Assembly: GCA_963666565.1 (NCBI GenBank)
Contig: OY762911.1
Coordinates: 2,016,001 to 2,080,000, forward strand
Length of the DNA: 64,000 nucleotides
Direction: 5' to 3'
Source of the DNA: Thermoanaerobaculia bacterium
GTDB taxonomy: Bacteria > Acidobacteriota > Thermoanaerobaculia > Multivoradales > Multivoraceae
A program made the translations under genes and the position numbers. The notes beneath the pieces are model-generated. The model made no database searches, was not told the DNA's origin, and saw only the letters and a list, made by a program, of their open reading frames with translations. Positions 26,696 through 36,832 of this stretch are shown in pieces; the first letter of the stretch is position 1, and each line of letters starts with the position of its first letter.

Positions 26696-28320
26696 GCCGG
26701 CGCTACACGCCTCCGGGCCACCATCGCACCGTCGGGGCTTTCCGGGAGCATCTGCACGGCCTCGACACCGCGTTCGACTGTGCCGGCGAGTTGCTAGGCC
26801 CGGATGGGCCGCTGGCGAAGCCGCTCACAGTGTTCGGCCGCGAAGTCGGGAACCGGTTCGCGATCCATCCGATGGAGGGCTGGGACGGCAAACGGGACGG
26901 CAGCCCGAGCGATCTGACTCTGCGGCGCTGGCGGCGGTTCGGGCTGAGCGGGGCGAAGCTGGTCTGGGGCGGGGAGGCGGTGGCGGTGGTCCCGGAAGGG
27001 CGCGCGAATCCGAACCAGCTCTTCATCGACGGCGAACGGCTGGCCGACTGCGTTGCTTGGCTTGAGACGCTTCGCCGGGAGATCCTGGCGGGGCACGAAG
27101 AGAGCGGCGCCGGCGGCGAGCGGCCGGTCGTCGGCCTCCAGTTGACCCACTCGGGGCGTCTTTCCCGTCCCGATCCGCCGCCCGCGCCGCCGCGGCCGTT
27201 GCGGGCGCAGGTCCATCCCGTGCTCGACGCGCGGCTGGGCGAGGCCGCGAACCGGCCCCTCGTGACCGACGAGCAACTGGAGAAGATCGCCGGCGCCTAC
27301 GTGCGGGCGGCGCGCTGCGCCGAGCGGGCAGGGTACGACTTCGTCGACGTCAAGTGCTGCCACGGCTATCTGCTGCACGAACTGCTCGGCGCTCGCACCC
27401 GGCCGGGCCGCTACGGCGGGGCGTTCGAGAACCGGGTGCGGCTGCCGCTTGAAATCGTCGCGGCGGTGCGCGCCGAGTGTCCCGGTCTTGGGGTCGGCGT
27501 CCGTCTGTCGGTCGGAGACGTGGCGCCGTTCGTTGCGGACGAGAGCGGCGTCGGGATCCCGCAAGAACCGGGAGCGCCGAGCCGCGAAGTCGCACCCGGC
27601 GTCGCGGAGGGATTGTCGCCGCTTCGCGGCGCGTCTCCGTCAGAAGCCGGCGGGGACGCCGGCGCACCCGGTGTGAGGCGCATGGATCAGGGCCGGAACG
27701 CTGACCCCACGGCAGGTGCATCCGGTCCGGCGGCCGCGCTACCTGCTGCCGGCCTGGGCTTCGGCATCGACCGCTCGAACTGCGCTTTGCCCGAAGCCAC
27801 CTGCGCCGAGGCGATTCGCTACATTGACCTGCTGATCGAGGCTGGAGTCGAAGTGGTCAACGTGACGATGGGTTCGCCCTATAGTTGCCCGCACCTGTCG
27901 CGACCGTTCACGTATCCGGCGTCGGACAGCTATCTGCCGCCGGAGGATCCGCTGCGTTCGGTGCTGCGTCAACTCGCCGCCGTGCGCACGGTGCGCACGG
28001 CGTTCCCGCGACTCCCCCTGGTGGGGACGGGCTACAGCTACCTGCAGGAGTGGCTGCCCTACGTCGCCGAGGCGGAGGTCGGGGCCGGTCACGTCGACTT
28101 CGTCGGCCTGGGCCGGATGGTGCTGGCCTACCCGCGCCTGCCGGCCGACGTTCTGGCGGGCCGGCCGCTCGAGCGGCGCCGGATTTGCCGGACCTTCAGC
28201 GACTGCACCACGGGACCGCGCAACAACATGGTCAGCGGCTGCTACCCGCTGGACGAGCGCTACCGGGAGTCCCCCGAGTTCGCCCGGATCAAGGAGATCA
28301 AGAAGGCGGTGGCCTCGTGA
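26692..28320 (+). CDS. NADH:flavin oxidoreductase (OYE-like) with an in-frame insertion
   Basis: HPMEGWD, LQLTHSGR, KCCHGYLLHE, ENRVR, GLGR, CxxxxxC tail; Pro/Gly/Ala-rich insert near 27570-27750. Confidence 0.88.
   Translation: MSRRYTPPGHHRTVGAFREHLHGLDTAFDCAGELLGPDGPLAKPLTVFGREVGNRFAIHPMEGWDGKRDGSPSDLTLRRWRRFGLSGAKLVWGGEAVAVVPEGRANPNQLFIDGERLADCVAWLETLRREILAGHEESGAGGERPVVGLQLTHSGRLSRPDPPPAPPRPLRAQVHPVLDARLGEAANRPLVTDEQLEKIAGAYVRAARCAERAGYDFVDVKCCHGYLLHELLGARTRPGRYGGAFENRVRLPLEIVAAVRAECPGLGVGVRLSVGDVAPFVADESGVGIPQEPGAPSREVAPGVAEGLSPLRGASPSEAGGDAGAPGVRRMDQGRNADPTAGASGPAAALPAAGLGFGIDRSNCALPEATCAEAIRYIDLLIEAGVEVVNVTMGSPYSCPHLSRPFTYPASDSYLPPEDPLRSVLRQLAAVRTVRTAFPRLPLVGTGYSYLQEWLPYVAEAEVGAGHVDFVGLGRMVLAYPRLPADVLAGRPLERRRICRTFSDCTTGPRNNMVSGCYPLDERYRESPEFARIKEIKKAVAS
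27615..27683 (-). repeat. REP-like composite (subfamily 2) in frame within the OYE gene
   Basis: On +: gtcgccgcttcgcggcgcgt...gccggcg-ggga-cgccggc-gcacccggtg; parallels the intergenic unit at 36833-36890. Confidence 0.75.
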
Positions 28321-29480
28321 CGGCCGCCGCCGAACGGACGGGCGCCGCCGAACGGACGGGCGCCATCGGCCGGACAGGCACAGCCGGCCGCCCCGCCGTT
28401 CCGCCGCTGCCGAGGCTCTGTTTCGCCGCACTTCACGTCGTCGTGCGCGACGGCTACGCCCAGGCTGGCCACTCGCTCGAACAGCCCGGCTCGCCGCAGG
28501 AGATCGAACACTGGATCGACTGGAAGGCGACCGCCGGGCTGCGCCGCCACGTCGACTCGCTCGGATTCGGCGTCGCGGAGGCGATGGATACGGCCCAGCG
28601 TTTCGAGATCGGCTGGCCCAGCGCGCGGCGGTTGATCGAACTCTGCGCCTCGCTCGAACTCCGCAACGGCTTCGTCGCCGGGGCCGGCAGCGACCAGTTC
28701 GATGCCGTCGACAGCAACGCGAAACTGGTGGACGCGGTGGTGGAACAGGCGGAGTTCATCGACGGGCTGGGCGGAGTCCCGGTCCTGCTGCCGATGCCGC
28801 GGCTGACGGAGACCGGGGCCTCGGAGCGCGAGTACGTCGACGTCTACGGCGCGATCATCGACCAGCTCGAGGGGCCGCTGTTCCTCCACTGGCTGGGCGA
28901 GATGTTCCACCCGGCGATGCGCGGCTACTTCCCGGGCAACAGCCTGGAGCGCATCCTCGCCCGTCACGACGACAAGGTGCGCGGCGTCAAGCTCTCGCTG
29001 CTGGACGAGGAGTTCGAGGTGCGCCTTCGACGTCGCCTCGCCATGCGCGGCCAGATCGTCCTGACAGGGGACGACTACCACTTCGCCAGCCTGCTGGAGG
29101 GGCAGCCGGCGGCCAGGGGGTCGAGGCTCGGCGGCACGTTCGAACTGATGGGCCGCGGAGTGGCCATGGGCGACTTCAGCCACGCGCTGCTCGGCGCCTT
29201 CGACGCGGTAGCCGAGCCGGCGGCCGAGGCGCTTCGCGCCCTCGGCGACGGTGACGTCGGCCGCTATCGCGAACTGATGGGCCCGGCGGAAGAGCTCGCC
29301 CGCTTCATCTTCCAGCCGCCGACGCGCCACTACAAAGCCGGACTCGCCTACCACGCCTGGCTGCGCGGTCTGCAGGACAACCCGATGCTGGTCAATCGGG
29401 AGGATCTGGCGCGGGACGAGGCGCACTACCGCGGAGTCGCGTCTCTCGCGCGGCGCGCGGGCACGTTGGGCGACGGCTGA
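28317..29480 (+). CDS. DUF993 family (DHDPS-like TIM barrel) protein
   Basis: GTGA overlap; GVAEAMDTAQR, LHWLGEMF.P, GVKLSLLD, TGDD, HALLG.FD. Confidence 0.85.
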   Translation: MTAAAERTGAAERTGAIGRTGTAGRPAVPPLPRLCFAALHVVVRDGYAQAGHSLEQPGSPQEIEHWIDWKATAGLRRHVDSLGFGVAEAMDTAQRFEIGWPSARRLIELCASLELRNGFVAGAGSDQFDAVDSNAKLVDAVVEQAEFIDGLGGVPVLLPMPRLTETGASEREYVDVYGAIIDQLEGPLFLHWLGEMFHPAMRGYFPGNSLERILARHDDKVRGVKLSLLDEEFEVRLRRRLAMRGQIVLTGDDYHFASLLEGQPAARGSRLGGTFELMGRGVAMGDFSHALLGAFDAVAEPAAEALRALGDGDVGRYRELMGPAEELARFIFQPPTRHYKAGLAYHAWLRGLQDNPMLVNREDLARDEAHYRGVASLARRAGTLGDG

Positions 29481-29530
29481 CCGGCGCCTCACCGACAGTC
29501 ACGCGATGTGCGAGAGTTCGCGCGGGCGGG

Positions 29531-32509
29531 ATGGCGATCGTGACGAGAACCGAGAACGGGACGGGCGGCGGCCCCGGCGGTGGACGACCGGGCCGGATTG
29601 GCGCCGCGTCCCTGGCTGTTGCGCTGCTGCTTTGCGCCCACGCCGCGACAGCCCAGCAGACCGGGCGCATCGAAGGAACGGTGACGCTGCGCGGCGCCGC
29701 CTCGCCGGACGGCATCGCCGTTCTGGCCGAGACCGGCGCCGTGCCCCGGCCAAGGTCGACCGTTGTCGACGCGTCCGGCCGCTACGCGCTGCCGCGGCTC
29801 TACCCGGGCCGCTATCGGGTCACGTTCACGACCCCGGCGGGAGCGAGCCGCACCGTCGAGGCCCGGGTCCTGCTCGGCCAGACGACGACCCTGGACCTGG
29901 AACTCGACGCCGCCGCCGCTTTCAGCGAGGAACTCGTCGTGGTCGGAGAGCGGGTCGCCGTCCGCGGCCGTGCCGCAGTAGCCAGCGCCATCGACGGCGA
30001 AGCGGTGCGGGACATGCCTCTCGGTCCCGACTATCGCAGCCTCGTCCGGCTCGCTCCGGGCGTCCAGGTGACGCAGGACGGCGTGCGGGGACCGGCCAGC
30101 GGCGGCAGCGGTCAGGACAACGTGTACCGATTCGACGGCGTCGACGTGTCGCTGCCGATGTTCGGCACGCTGTCGGCCGAACTCTCGAGCCACGACGTCG
30201 ACCAGGTGACCTTCGAGCGCGCCGGCGCCACGGCGGTGGGCTTCAACCGTAGCGGCGGGTTCACGATGGACTCGACGGCGAGATCGGGTACGAACGCCTT
30301 CACGGGCAGCGTCGAGTACACCGTGGAGCCGCCCGATCTTCAGGCGGAGCCCGAGACGGTCCTGGAGTCCGCGGCTGGACACGACACGGACCGCCAGCGC
30401 GCCGTCGCCACCTTCGGCGGCCCGATCGTTCCGTCGCGGCTCTTCTTCTTCGCTTCCGCTTTCCGGCCCACGGAAGAGCGGACGAACGCGGCCACGGCCT
30501 ACGGACCGGTCAAGGACTACGAGAACACGCGCCGCGAGTTCTACGGCAGGCTGACGCACGCGCCGTCGGACCGGGTGCTGCTCAACGCCGGCTACCGTGC
30601 CTCGCGGCGCGAGGAGAACGGCGTCTCGGTCGGGCCGTACGAAGCCGATTCGGTATCGCTCGGCGGCAGGGCGGACCAGCGAGTCGCGAACGTCGACGGC
30701 GTCTGGCAGACACGCCTGGGCGCCCTCTCGTTCCGGCTCAGCGATTACGAACTCGAGGGCTCTTCCCGGCCCGACGTGGGGCTGGCCGTCCAGCCGGCGC
30801 TCGACGGCGCCCTGGACGTGGACAATCTGGACCGGATGGGCTACTTCAGCGTCCCCGAGTACGTGGACGGCGCCGATGCCTACAACGCCGCGGTCGGGCC
30901 CCTGGTGGAGCGCTACGGCTACGCGGACGAGCAGGGCGTGCGCCGGGGAGGCGGCGCCGTCGGCGCGCACCCGTCGATCAACGACCAGGCGTTCTACCGG
31001 CGGAGCTTCGAACTGACGTTCGATCGCGAGTTCGACCGGGGCGCGATCGGCCACGACGTCCACTTCGGGTTGCGGGCCGCCGAGGCGCGCGAGACGCTGA
31101 GCCGTGAATCGAACGGCTGGGGCGCCATCGAGGCGCCGGGCGGCGTCGACCTGGCCGCGGCCGGAACGCCGGTCTTCTACGTCGCCACGGTGCAGCAGAT
31201 GAGCCTCCGGCGCCCGGACGGCACGGTGGTTTCGCCCATCGACTCCTTCACGGAGACGATGTCCCTGGGGGTGCACGACCGCGTGACCGCGGGCGACTTC
31301 ACCTTCGACGCTGGCGTGCTGCTGAGCCGGGACGTTCTGTACGGGCAGGGTCTAAGAGCGGCGCCGGGGACGGTGTCCGGCTACGCCCTGGCGCCGGGCG
31401 AGAAGTACAGGATGTACACGATCGACTGGCGAGACATGATTCAGCCGCGTCTCGGCGTAACGTGGTCCTGGCGGGCGGAGGGCACGGTCTTCGCGAACTA
31501 CGCCCGCTACCACCCGGAGGCGTCCTCGCTGGCGCGCGCGGCCTCCTGGGACCGGAACACCCGCGCCAGCCTCCGCGTGCTGTTCGACGAAGGCGGCCGC
31601 GTCATTGCCCACGAGCCGTACCCGGGATCTTCCGGCAAGGTGTTCCAGGACGGCATGAAGCCCCGCCGCATCGACGAGTGGACGCTCGGCGCGACCCGGA
31701 CGTTGTCGCGGGGACTGTCGCTCAGCGCTCACCTGCGCCGCCGGGAGGGCGGGAACTTCTGGGAGGACACATGGAACGGATCCCGGGGTTACGACAGCGC
31801 CCCCGCCCACATCGCCGCCCGCGGTCTCTACGTGCCGGGTCTCGATGCCGTGCGAGCGGAAATCGGCGGTTCGAGCTACGTGATCGCGGAACTCGACGGC
31901 GCTTACACTGAGTACTCGGAGGCTGCGGTCGAACTGGTGTGGCGGGGCGAGCGCGGCTACCTGAACGCCTCGTACGTGCGGAGCCGCTACACCGGCAACT
32001 TCGATCAGGACAACACGAGCTGGAACAACGACGCCAACCTGTTCATCGGCTCGTCCAATCTCGCCGACGGCTATGGCCGGCAGCTATGGGACAACAAGGA
32101 CGGGACGCTGCGCGGGGACCGGCCGCATCTCGCGAAGGTGTTCGGCCGTCTCGACCTGCCGTGGCGGGCGAGCGTCGGCGCGTTCGTCTTCTTCCAGTCC
32201 GGGCAGCCGTGGGAAGCGTGGGACTCGGTCGCCTACGGGCTACCCTCCTACTTCTCGTCGACCAACCGTTACGCGGAGCAGGCCGGCAGCAGGCGCAGTC
32301 CGAGCCACTGGCAACTGGACCTGGGCTACACGCAGCACTTCCTCCTGCCGACGGACCTGGGCCTTCGGCTGCGCGTCGATCTCTTCAACCTCTTCGACCG
32401 CCAGACCGGCTACAACATGAATCCGTTCCGGCGCGACGCCGCTTTCGGGGAACCCCGCGACCGCTTCGATCCGCGCCGGGTGCAGATCTCCCTGAGCGTC
32501 GAGTTCTGA
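29531..32509 (+). CDS. TonB-dependent receptor (Oar-like) with carboxypeptidase-regulatory-like N-domain
   Basis: Signal peptide; QQTGRIEG; LAPGV; SGTNAFTG; FNLFD; C-terminal VEF. Confidence 0.88.
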   Translation: MAIVTRTENGTGGGPGGGRPGRIGAASLAVALLLCAHAATAQQTGRIEGTVTLRGAASPDGIAVLAETGAVPRPRSTVVDASGRYALPRLYPGRYRVTFTTPAGASRTVEARVLLGQTTTLDLELDAAAAFSEELVVVGERVAVRGRAAVASAIDGEAVRDMPLGPDYRSLVRLAPGVQVTQDGVRGPASGGSGQDNVYRFDGVDVSLPMFGTLSAELSSHDVDQVTFERAGATAVGFNRSGGFTMDSTARSGTNAFTGSVEYTVEPPDLQAEPETVLESAAGHDTDRQRAVATFGGPIVPSRLFFFASAFRPTEERTNAATAYGPVKDYENTRREFYGRLTHAPSDRVLLNAGYRASRREENGVSVGPYEADSVSLGGRADQRVANVDGVWQTRLGALSFRLSDYELEGSSRPDVGLAVQPALDGALDVDNLDRMGYFSVPEYVDGADAYNAAVGPLVERYGYADEQGVRRGGGAVGAHPSINDQAFYRRSFELTFDREFDRGAIGHDVHFGLRAAEARETLSRESNGWGAIEAPGGVDLAAAGTPVFYVATVQQMSLRRPDGTVVSPIDSFTETMSLGVHDRVTAGDFTFDAGVLLSRDVLYGQGLRAAPGTVSGYALAPGEKYRMYTIDWRDMIQPRLGVTWSWRAEGTVFANYARYHPEASSLARAASWDRNTRASLRVLFDEGGRVIAHEPYPGSSGKVFQDGMKPRRIDEWTLGATRTLSRGLSLSAHLRRREGGNFWEDTWNGSRGYDSAPAHIAARGLYVPGLDAVRAEIGGSSYVIAELDGAYTEYSEAAVELVWRGERGYLNASYVRSRYTGNFDQDNTSWNNDANLFIGSSNLADGYGRQLWDNKDGTLRGDRPHLAKVFGRLDLPWRASVGAFVFFQSGQPWEAWDSVAYGLPSYFSSTNRYAEQAGSRRSPSHWQLDLGYTQHFLLPTDLGLRLRVDLFNLFDRQTGYNMNPFRRDAAFGEPRDRFDPRRVQISLSVEF

Positions 32510-32513
32510 TCCG

Positions 32514-33764
32514 TTGCCTCGGAACGTCGCGGATGCCGTTTCGGCGGGAGCTCGCCGGGCCGAGATCACGGTCCGGGACGCGCGCCGTCTGGCGCTGGCC
32601 CGCGCGGGGCTGCTGAAGCCCGAGTGGACCGGCCTGCCGCGTTCGGCTTCCGGCCGCGGCGTGCGGGCGCGCCGGGCGCTCCACGCACTGATCGAGCGCT
32701 TCGGCTACCTCCAGCTCGACACGATCTCGGTCGCGGGGGCCCGCACCCACGCGCTGGTGCCGTTGTCGCGCTGGCCCGGAATCGACCGGAACCTGCCGGA
32801 GGAACTCCTGCAGCCCGGCGAGCCGATCTTCGAGTACTGGGGCCACGAAGCGAGCTGGATCCCGATCGACCTCTACCCGGCGTTCGGCTTCCGCCGGGAC
32901 GAGTACCGAAGCGGCAGGACCTGGCACAGCCGCGGGATCCGCGATCACCCGGACGTGGCGAACGCGATCCTCCGCCAGGTCGAGGCCGAGGGGCCCCTCC
33001 GGTCGCTCGATCTCAAGGGGCCGATGATGGGCGAGATGTGGCGCTCGAAGCGAGAGCGGTGGGTCGCCTACTCGCTGTGGTCGACCGGCGAACTCGCCAT
33101 CCGTTCGCGGCACAACTTCCAGCGAACGTTCGACTTGCCCGAGCGGGTGATCCCCGAGCGTTGGCGGAGCGAGGAATGGCGCCTGGAGGAGGGGATCCGG
33201 GCGCTGATCCTGCGCGCCCTCGAGGGTCACGGCTGGGCGACGATCGGCGCGCTCGCCGACACCTTCCGGCTCAAGAACGTGCGCCCGCAGATCGGGACCG
33301 CGCTGGAGGAACTGGCCGCGGCGGGGGAGGCGGCCCCGTGCGACGTGATCGCGGCCGGCGGCAAGAGGCGGTCGGGATGGGTGCGCCCCGCCGACCTCGA
33401 ACTCGCCGCCCGGTTGCGCCGCGTGCGCCCGGCGCCCGACCGGGGCGTGCTGCTGTCGCCGTTCGATCCGGTGCTGTGGCGGCGGAACCGGGTGGCGCAT
33501 CTGTTCGGTTTCGACCAGATCCTGGAGATCTTCAAGCCGGCCTCGCAGCGGCGCTACGGCTACTACTGCATGCCGGTGCTCGCCGGCGACCGGCTGGCGG
33601 CGCGCTACGACCTGAAGGCGCACCGGCGCGAGGGCCGGCTGGAGGTGCTGGCGCTCCACTACGAGGCGGACGGTCCGAAGCCTCCCGCAGCCGACCGGGC
33701 GGCCGCGAAGAGCGCGTTGGCGAGATTCGCGGAGTCGGTGGAGCTGGCTGTCGACCAGGAGTAG
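32514..33764 (+). CDS. ycaQ: YcaQ/AlkZ family crosslink repair DNA glycosylase
   Basis: LQLDTI (QxD motif), FEYWGHEAS, LLSPFDP, RRYGYY.MPVL. Confidence 0.88.
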   Translation: MPRNVADAVSAGARRAEITVRDARRLALARAGLLKPEWTGLPRSASGRGVRARRALHALIERFGYLQLDTISVAGARTHALVPLSRWPGIDRNLPEELLQPGEPIFEYWGHEASWIPIDLYPAFGFRRDEYRSGRTWHSRGIRDHPDVANAILRQVEAEGPLRSLDLKGPMMGEMWRSKRERWVAYSLWSTGELAIRSRHNFQRTFDLPERVIPERWRSEEWRLEEGIRALILRALEGHGWATIGALADTFRLKNVRPQIGTALEELAAAGEAAPCDVIAAGGKRRSGWVRPADLELAARLRRVRPAPDRGVLLSPFDPVLWRRNRVAHLFGFDQILEIFKPASQRRYGYYCMPVLAGDRLAARYDLKAHRREGRLEVLALHYEADGPKPPAADRAAAKSALARFAESVELAVDQE

Positions 33765-33808
33765 TCGCAGCCGCGAGAGGCTGTGCTGGCGCGCGTGGAA
33801 TGGCCAGT

Positions 33809-33862
33809 GCGGGTCGGAAGACCCGCGCACCCAGCGGAAGCCGGCGCACCCGGTGTGCGGCG
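33809..33862 (-). repeat. REP subfamily 1 copy followed by a half copy of subfamily 2
   Basis: gcgggtcggaagacccgcgcacccagcgg, then gccggcgcacccggtgtg. Confidence 0.85.
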
Positions 33863-33883
33863 AGTCCAGTACGCTGCAGCGCG

Positions 33884-34831
33884 ATGAGAAACACGCATCT
33901 TTGCCGGACCGTCCCGGTCCTGCTCTTCGCCGTATCGCTGACGGTCGGGTGCGCCGCCGAAGGCCCAAGCGACGAAGCCGACGCGCGGCCGCGGGTCGCG
34001 CTGGTCATGAAGTCGCTCGCCAACGAGTTCTTCGAGACGATGGCCGAGGGCGCGCGGGCGCACCATGAGGCGAATGCCGACGACTACGACCTTGTCGTCA
34101 ACGGCACGCGGAACGAGAGCGACCTCGCCCAGCAGGTCGCCCTGGTCGAGCAGATGGTGGCCTCCGGGAGCGACGCGATCGTCATCGCGCCGGCGGACTC
34201 GAAGGCCCTGGCGCCGGCGCTCGCGCGGGCGCAGGCTGCCGGGGTCGTCGTCGTCAACATCGACAACCGCCTCGATGCCGAGGTGGCGGCCGACACGGGT
34301 CTCGACGCGCCCTTCGTGGGCCCCGACAACCGCGACGGCGCCCGACGGGTCGGCGAGGCCCTGGCCGCGCACCTCGAGCCCGGCGACCGGGTGGCGATCG
34401 TCGGCGGCATTCCGACCGCCTTCAACGCGCAGCAGCGGCAGGCCGGCTTCGAGGACGCGATGAACGCGGCCGGCGCCGAGATCGTCGACACGCAAAGCGG
34501 CGGCTGGGAGCAGGCGCAGGCGAACGCGGTGGCGGCGGCGATGCTGCGCGAGCACCCGGATCTGCGGGCGCTGCTCTGCGCCAACGACAACATGGCGCTC
34601 GGCGCGCTGGCGGCCAGGCGCCAGAGCGGGCGCGACGACGTGGCGATCGTCGGCTTCGACAACATCGACGCGGTCGCGGACCTGGTGGCCCGGGGCGAGA
34701 TCCTGGCGACCGCCGACCAGCACGCGGACCGGCTCGCCGTGTTCGGGATCGAGGCGGCGCTCGAGATCCTGCGCGGCGGCGAGGCGAAGGACCGCCAGAC
34801 GCCGGTCGACGTGATCGTCGCGCCCGACTGA
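33884..34831 (+). CDS. Sugar ABC transporter substrate-binding lipoprotein (RbsB-like)
   Basis: LTVGC lipobox; KSLANEFF; FVGPDN; NDNMALGA; VGFD. Confidence 0.9.
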   Translation: MRNTHLCRTVPVLLFAVSLTVGCAAEGPSDEADARPRVALVMKSLANEFFETMAEGARAHHEANADDYDLVVNGTRNESDLAQQVALVEQMVASGSDAIVIAPADSKALAPALARAQAAGVVVVNIDNRLDAEVAADTGLDAPFVGPDNRDGARRVGEALAAHLEPGDRVAIVGGIPTAFNAQQRQAGFEDAMNAAGAEIVDTQSGGWEQAQANAVAAAMLREHPDLRALLCANDNMALGALAARRQSGRDDVAIVGFDNIDAVADLVARGEILATADQHADRLAVFGIEAALEILRGGEAKDRQTPVDVIVAPD

Positions 34832-34833
34832 AC

Positions 34834-35009
34834 CCGCTGGGTGCGCGGGTCTTCTGACCCGCCTTCGGTGAAGCCCCGAAGCGGCGCAGTCCGTATGACG
34901 GGGCGGCCGGCCGCAGGCCGGCGACAATCGCGGAGCCGGCCTTGGGGGCCGGCGCGTTCTTCTGGCCGCCTCCGGCGGCAGCGGGTCGGAAGACCCGCGC
35001 ACCCAGCGG
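34834..35009. repeat. REPIN-like inverted pair of REP subfamily 1
   Basis: ccgctgggtgcgcgggtcttctgacccgc (34834-34862) and gcgggtcggaagacccgcgcacccagcgg (34981-35009), between convergent genes. Confidence 0.88.
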
Positions 35010-35011
35010 AC

Positions 35012-35812
35012 TCAGGGCAGCTTCGTTACGAGGGCTTGGCCCGTCGGCAGCGCGAGCGGGGCCTCGGGCCGGCCGGCGAAGAACTCGTCCACGGCCTCCT
35101 TCTCGCCGCGTGCGGCGGGGAAGCCGTAGTCGTCGAAGACGACGACCGCGCCGGCGGCGAGGCGCGGGTAGAAGTAGTCCAGGCAGTCGAGGGTCGAGCG
35201 GTAGAGGTCGACGTCGATGTGGACGAAGGCGAAGCGCGAGTCCTCCAGGCCCTCGAACGTCGACGGGATGAAGCCCTCGTGGATCCGGAGGCTGCCCGGG
35301 AAGCGGCCGAGAAGCCGCTCGACGTCCCGCGCCGAGGTGGCCCGGAAGACGCCCTCTTCCAGGTCCGGGTCCCGCTCCGGATCGGGCGCCGGGAGCCCCT
35401 CGAAGCTGTCGAAGAGATGAAGGGCCTTGCCGCTTCCTTTCAGCACCCTGGAGAGGAGGAGCGCCGTGCCGCCGCGGTACACGCCGCACTCCGCGAAGTC
35501 GCCCGCGACGGACAGCGCCTGGCGGCCGAGGCGGTAGAGCACCTGGCAGCGGTCGGCGGAGACCACCGTGTACGGCTCGACGCCGTCGTACGCCTCCCGG
35601 AAGTCCGGTTCGCCGCGCCAGGGGGCCCAGATCGGCGATGGGGAGCGCCACTCGCGGTAGAAATCCCCGGAGGCGTCCGCCATTGCGGTCGAGTCCCGGC
35701 GGGACCGGGGAAAGACCTCGAAGTCGTAGCCGAAGCGGCGCAGGAGGCCCTTCGTCAGCCGGTATGCAGCGGCCCTCGCGTCGCCGCGGAGCCTGCGAAC
35801 GAGAGAGAGCAT
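35012..35812 (-). CDS. TylF/MycF/NovP-related O-methyltransferase
   Basis: GDFAECGVYRGG, LFDSFEGLP, HIDVDLY, FDDYG. Confidence 0.9.
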   Translation of the reverse strand: MLSLVRRLRGDARAAAYRLTKGLLRRFGYDFEVFPRSRRDSTAMADASGDFYREWRSPSPIWAPWRGEPDFREAYDGVEPYTVVSADRCQVLYRLGRQALSVAGDFAECGVYRGGTALLLSRVLKGSGKALHLFDSFEGLPAPDPERDPDLEEGVFRATSARDVERLLGRFPGSLRIHEGFIPSTFEGLEDSRFAFVHIDVDLYRSTLDCLDYFYPRLAAGAVVVFDDYGFPAARGEKEAVDEFFAGRPEAPLALPTGQALVTKLP

Positions 35813-35866
35813 CGGCGCCGGTCGCGACTGTATCCTCGGCTCGATGCTCGGCGGGGGTTTTGATCG

Positions 35867-36832
35867 ATGACGCTGGCGGCTGCCGGCTGGCGCCGCGCCC
35901 TCGCTCCGGGCTATCGGAGCGGACTCGTCCTGGTGCTCCTCGGCCTGTGCGTGGTCTTCGGACTCGTAACCGACCACTTCTGGAGCGCGCTGACCTTCCG
36001 CACGCTGGCGAACCAGTTGCCGCCGCTGGTGGTGGCGTCGGCCGGACTGACCCTGGTGCTGATCGCCGGCGGCATCGACCTCTCGGTCGGCTCCGTGCTG
36101 GCGCTGGCGGCGGCGGTTCTGGGCGTGCTGACGGTCGATCAGGGGCTGCCGCTGGTGGCGGCGGCGCTGGTTGCGCTCGTCGTCGGCGCGCTCTGCGGCG
36201 CGATCAACGGCGCCCTCGTGGCGCGCTGGTCCATTCCGTCCTTCCTGGTCACGCTCGGCATGCTGGAGATCGCCCGCGGCTCGACCTATCTCGTCACCGC
36301 GTCGCGGACGAGCTACCTGGGCGACCGCGTCTCGGTTCTCGGCGCGGCGACGCCGGTGCTCGGGCTCTCCGCGGCGTTCATCGGCTCGCTCGCGCTGGTC
36401 GGCGCGCTGCAGTTCGTCCTCTCGCGCACGGCCTTCGGGCGATGGGTGTTCGCGGTGGGCGGCAACCGGGAGGCCCTGCGGCGTTGCGGCGTTCGCCCCG
36501 CGCGCGTCCAGTTCGCGGTGTTCACGCTCGCCGGTTTGCTGGCGGCCGTCGCCGGGCTGTGCCAGGTCGGCTACCTGCAGTCGGCCGATCCGAACGCGGC
36601 CATCGGAATGGAACTGTCGGCCATCGCCGCGGTCGTCATCGGCGGCACGTCGCTCATGGGCGGGCGGGGGTCCGTCGCGGGCACCTTGCTCGGCGTGCTC
36701 GTGATCGCCGTGCTGCAGACGGGCCTCGCCCAGGCCGGCGCCACGGAGCCGACGAAGCGGATCATTACCGGCGCCGCGATCCTGCTGGCGGTGGCTACGG
36801 ACATGTGGCGGCGCCGCCGCGTGCGGCGGTAA
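35867..36832 (+). CDS. Sugar ABC transporter permease (RbsC-like)
   Basis: GGIDLSVGS, FGR...GGNREA, ELSAIAAVVIGGTSLMGGRG. Confidence 0.92.
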   Translation: MTLAAAGWRRALAPGYRSGLVLVLLGLCVVFGLVTDHFWSALTFRTLANQLPPLVVASAGLTLVLIAGGIDLSVGSVLALAAAVLGVLTVDQGLPLVAAALVALVVGALCGAINGALVARWSIPSFLVTLGMLEIARGSTYLVTASRTSYLGDRVSVLGAATPVLGLSAAFIGSLALVGALQFVLSRTAFGRWVFAVGGNREALRRCGVRPARVQFAVFTLAGLLAAVAGLCQVGYLQSADPNAAIGMELSAIAAVVIGGTSLMGGRGSVAGTLLGVLVIAVLQTGLAQAGATEPTKRIITGAAILLAVATDMWRRRRVRR

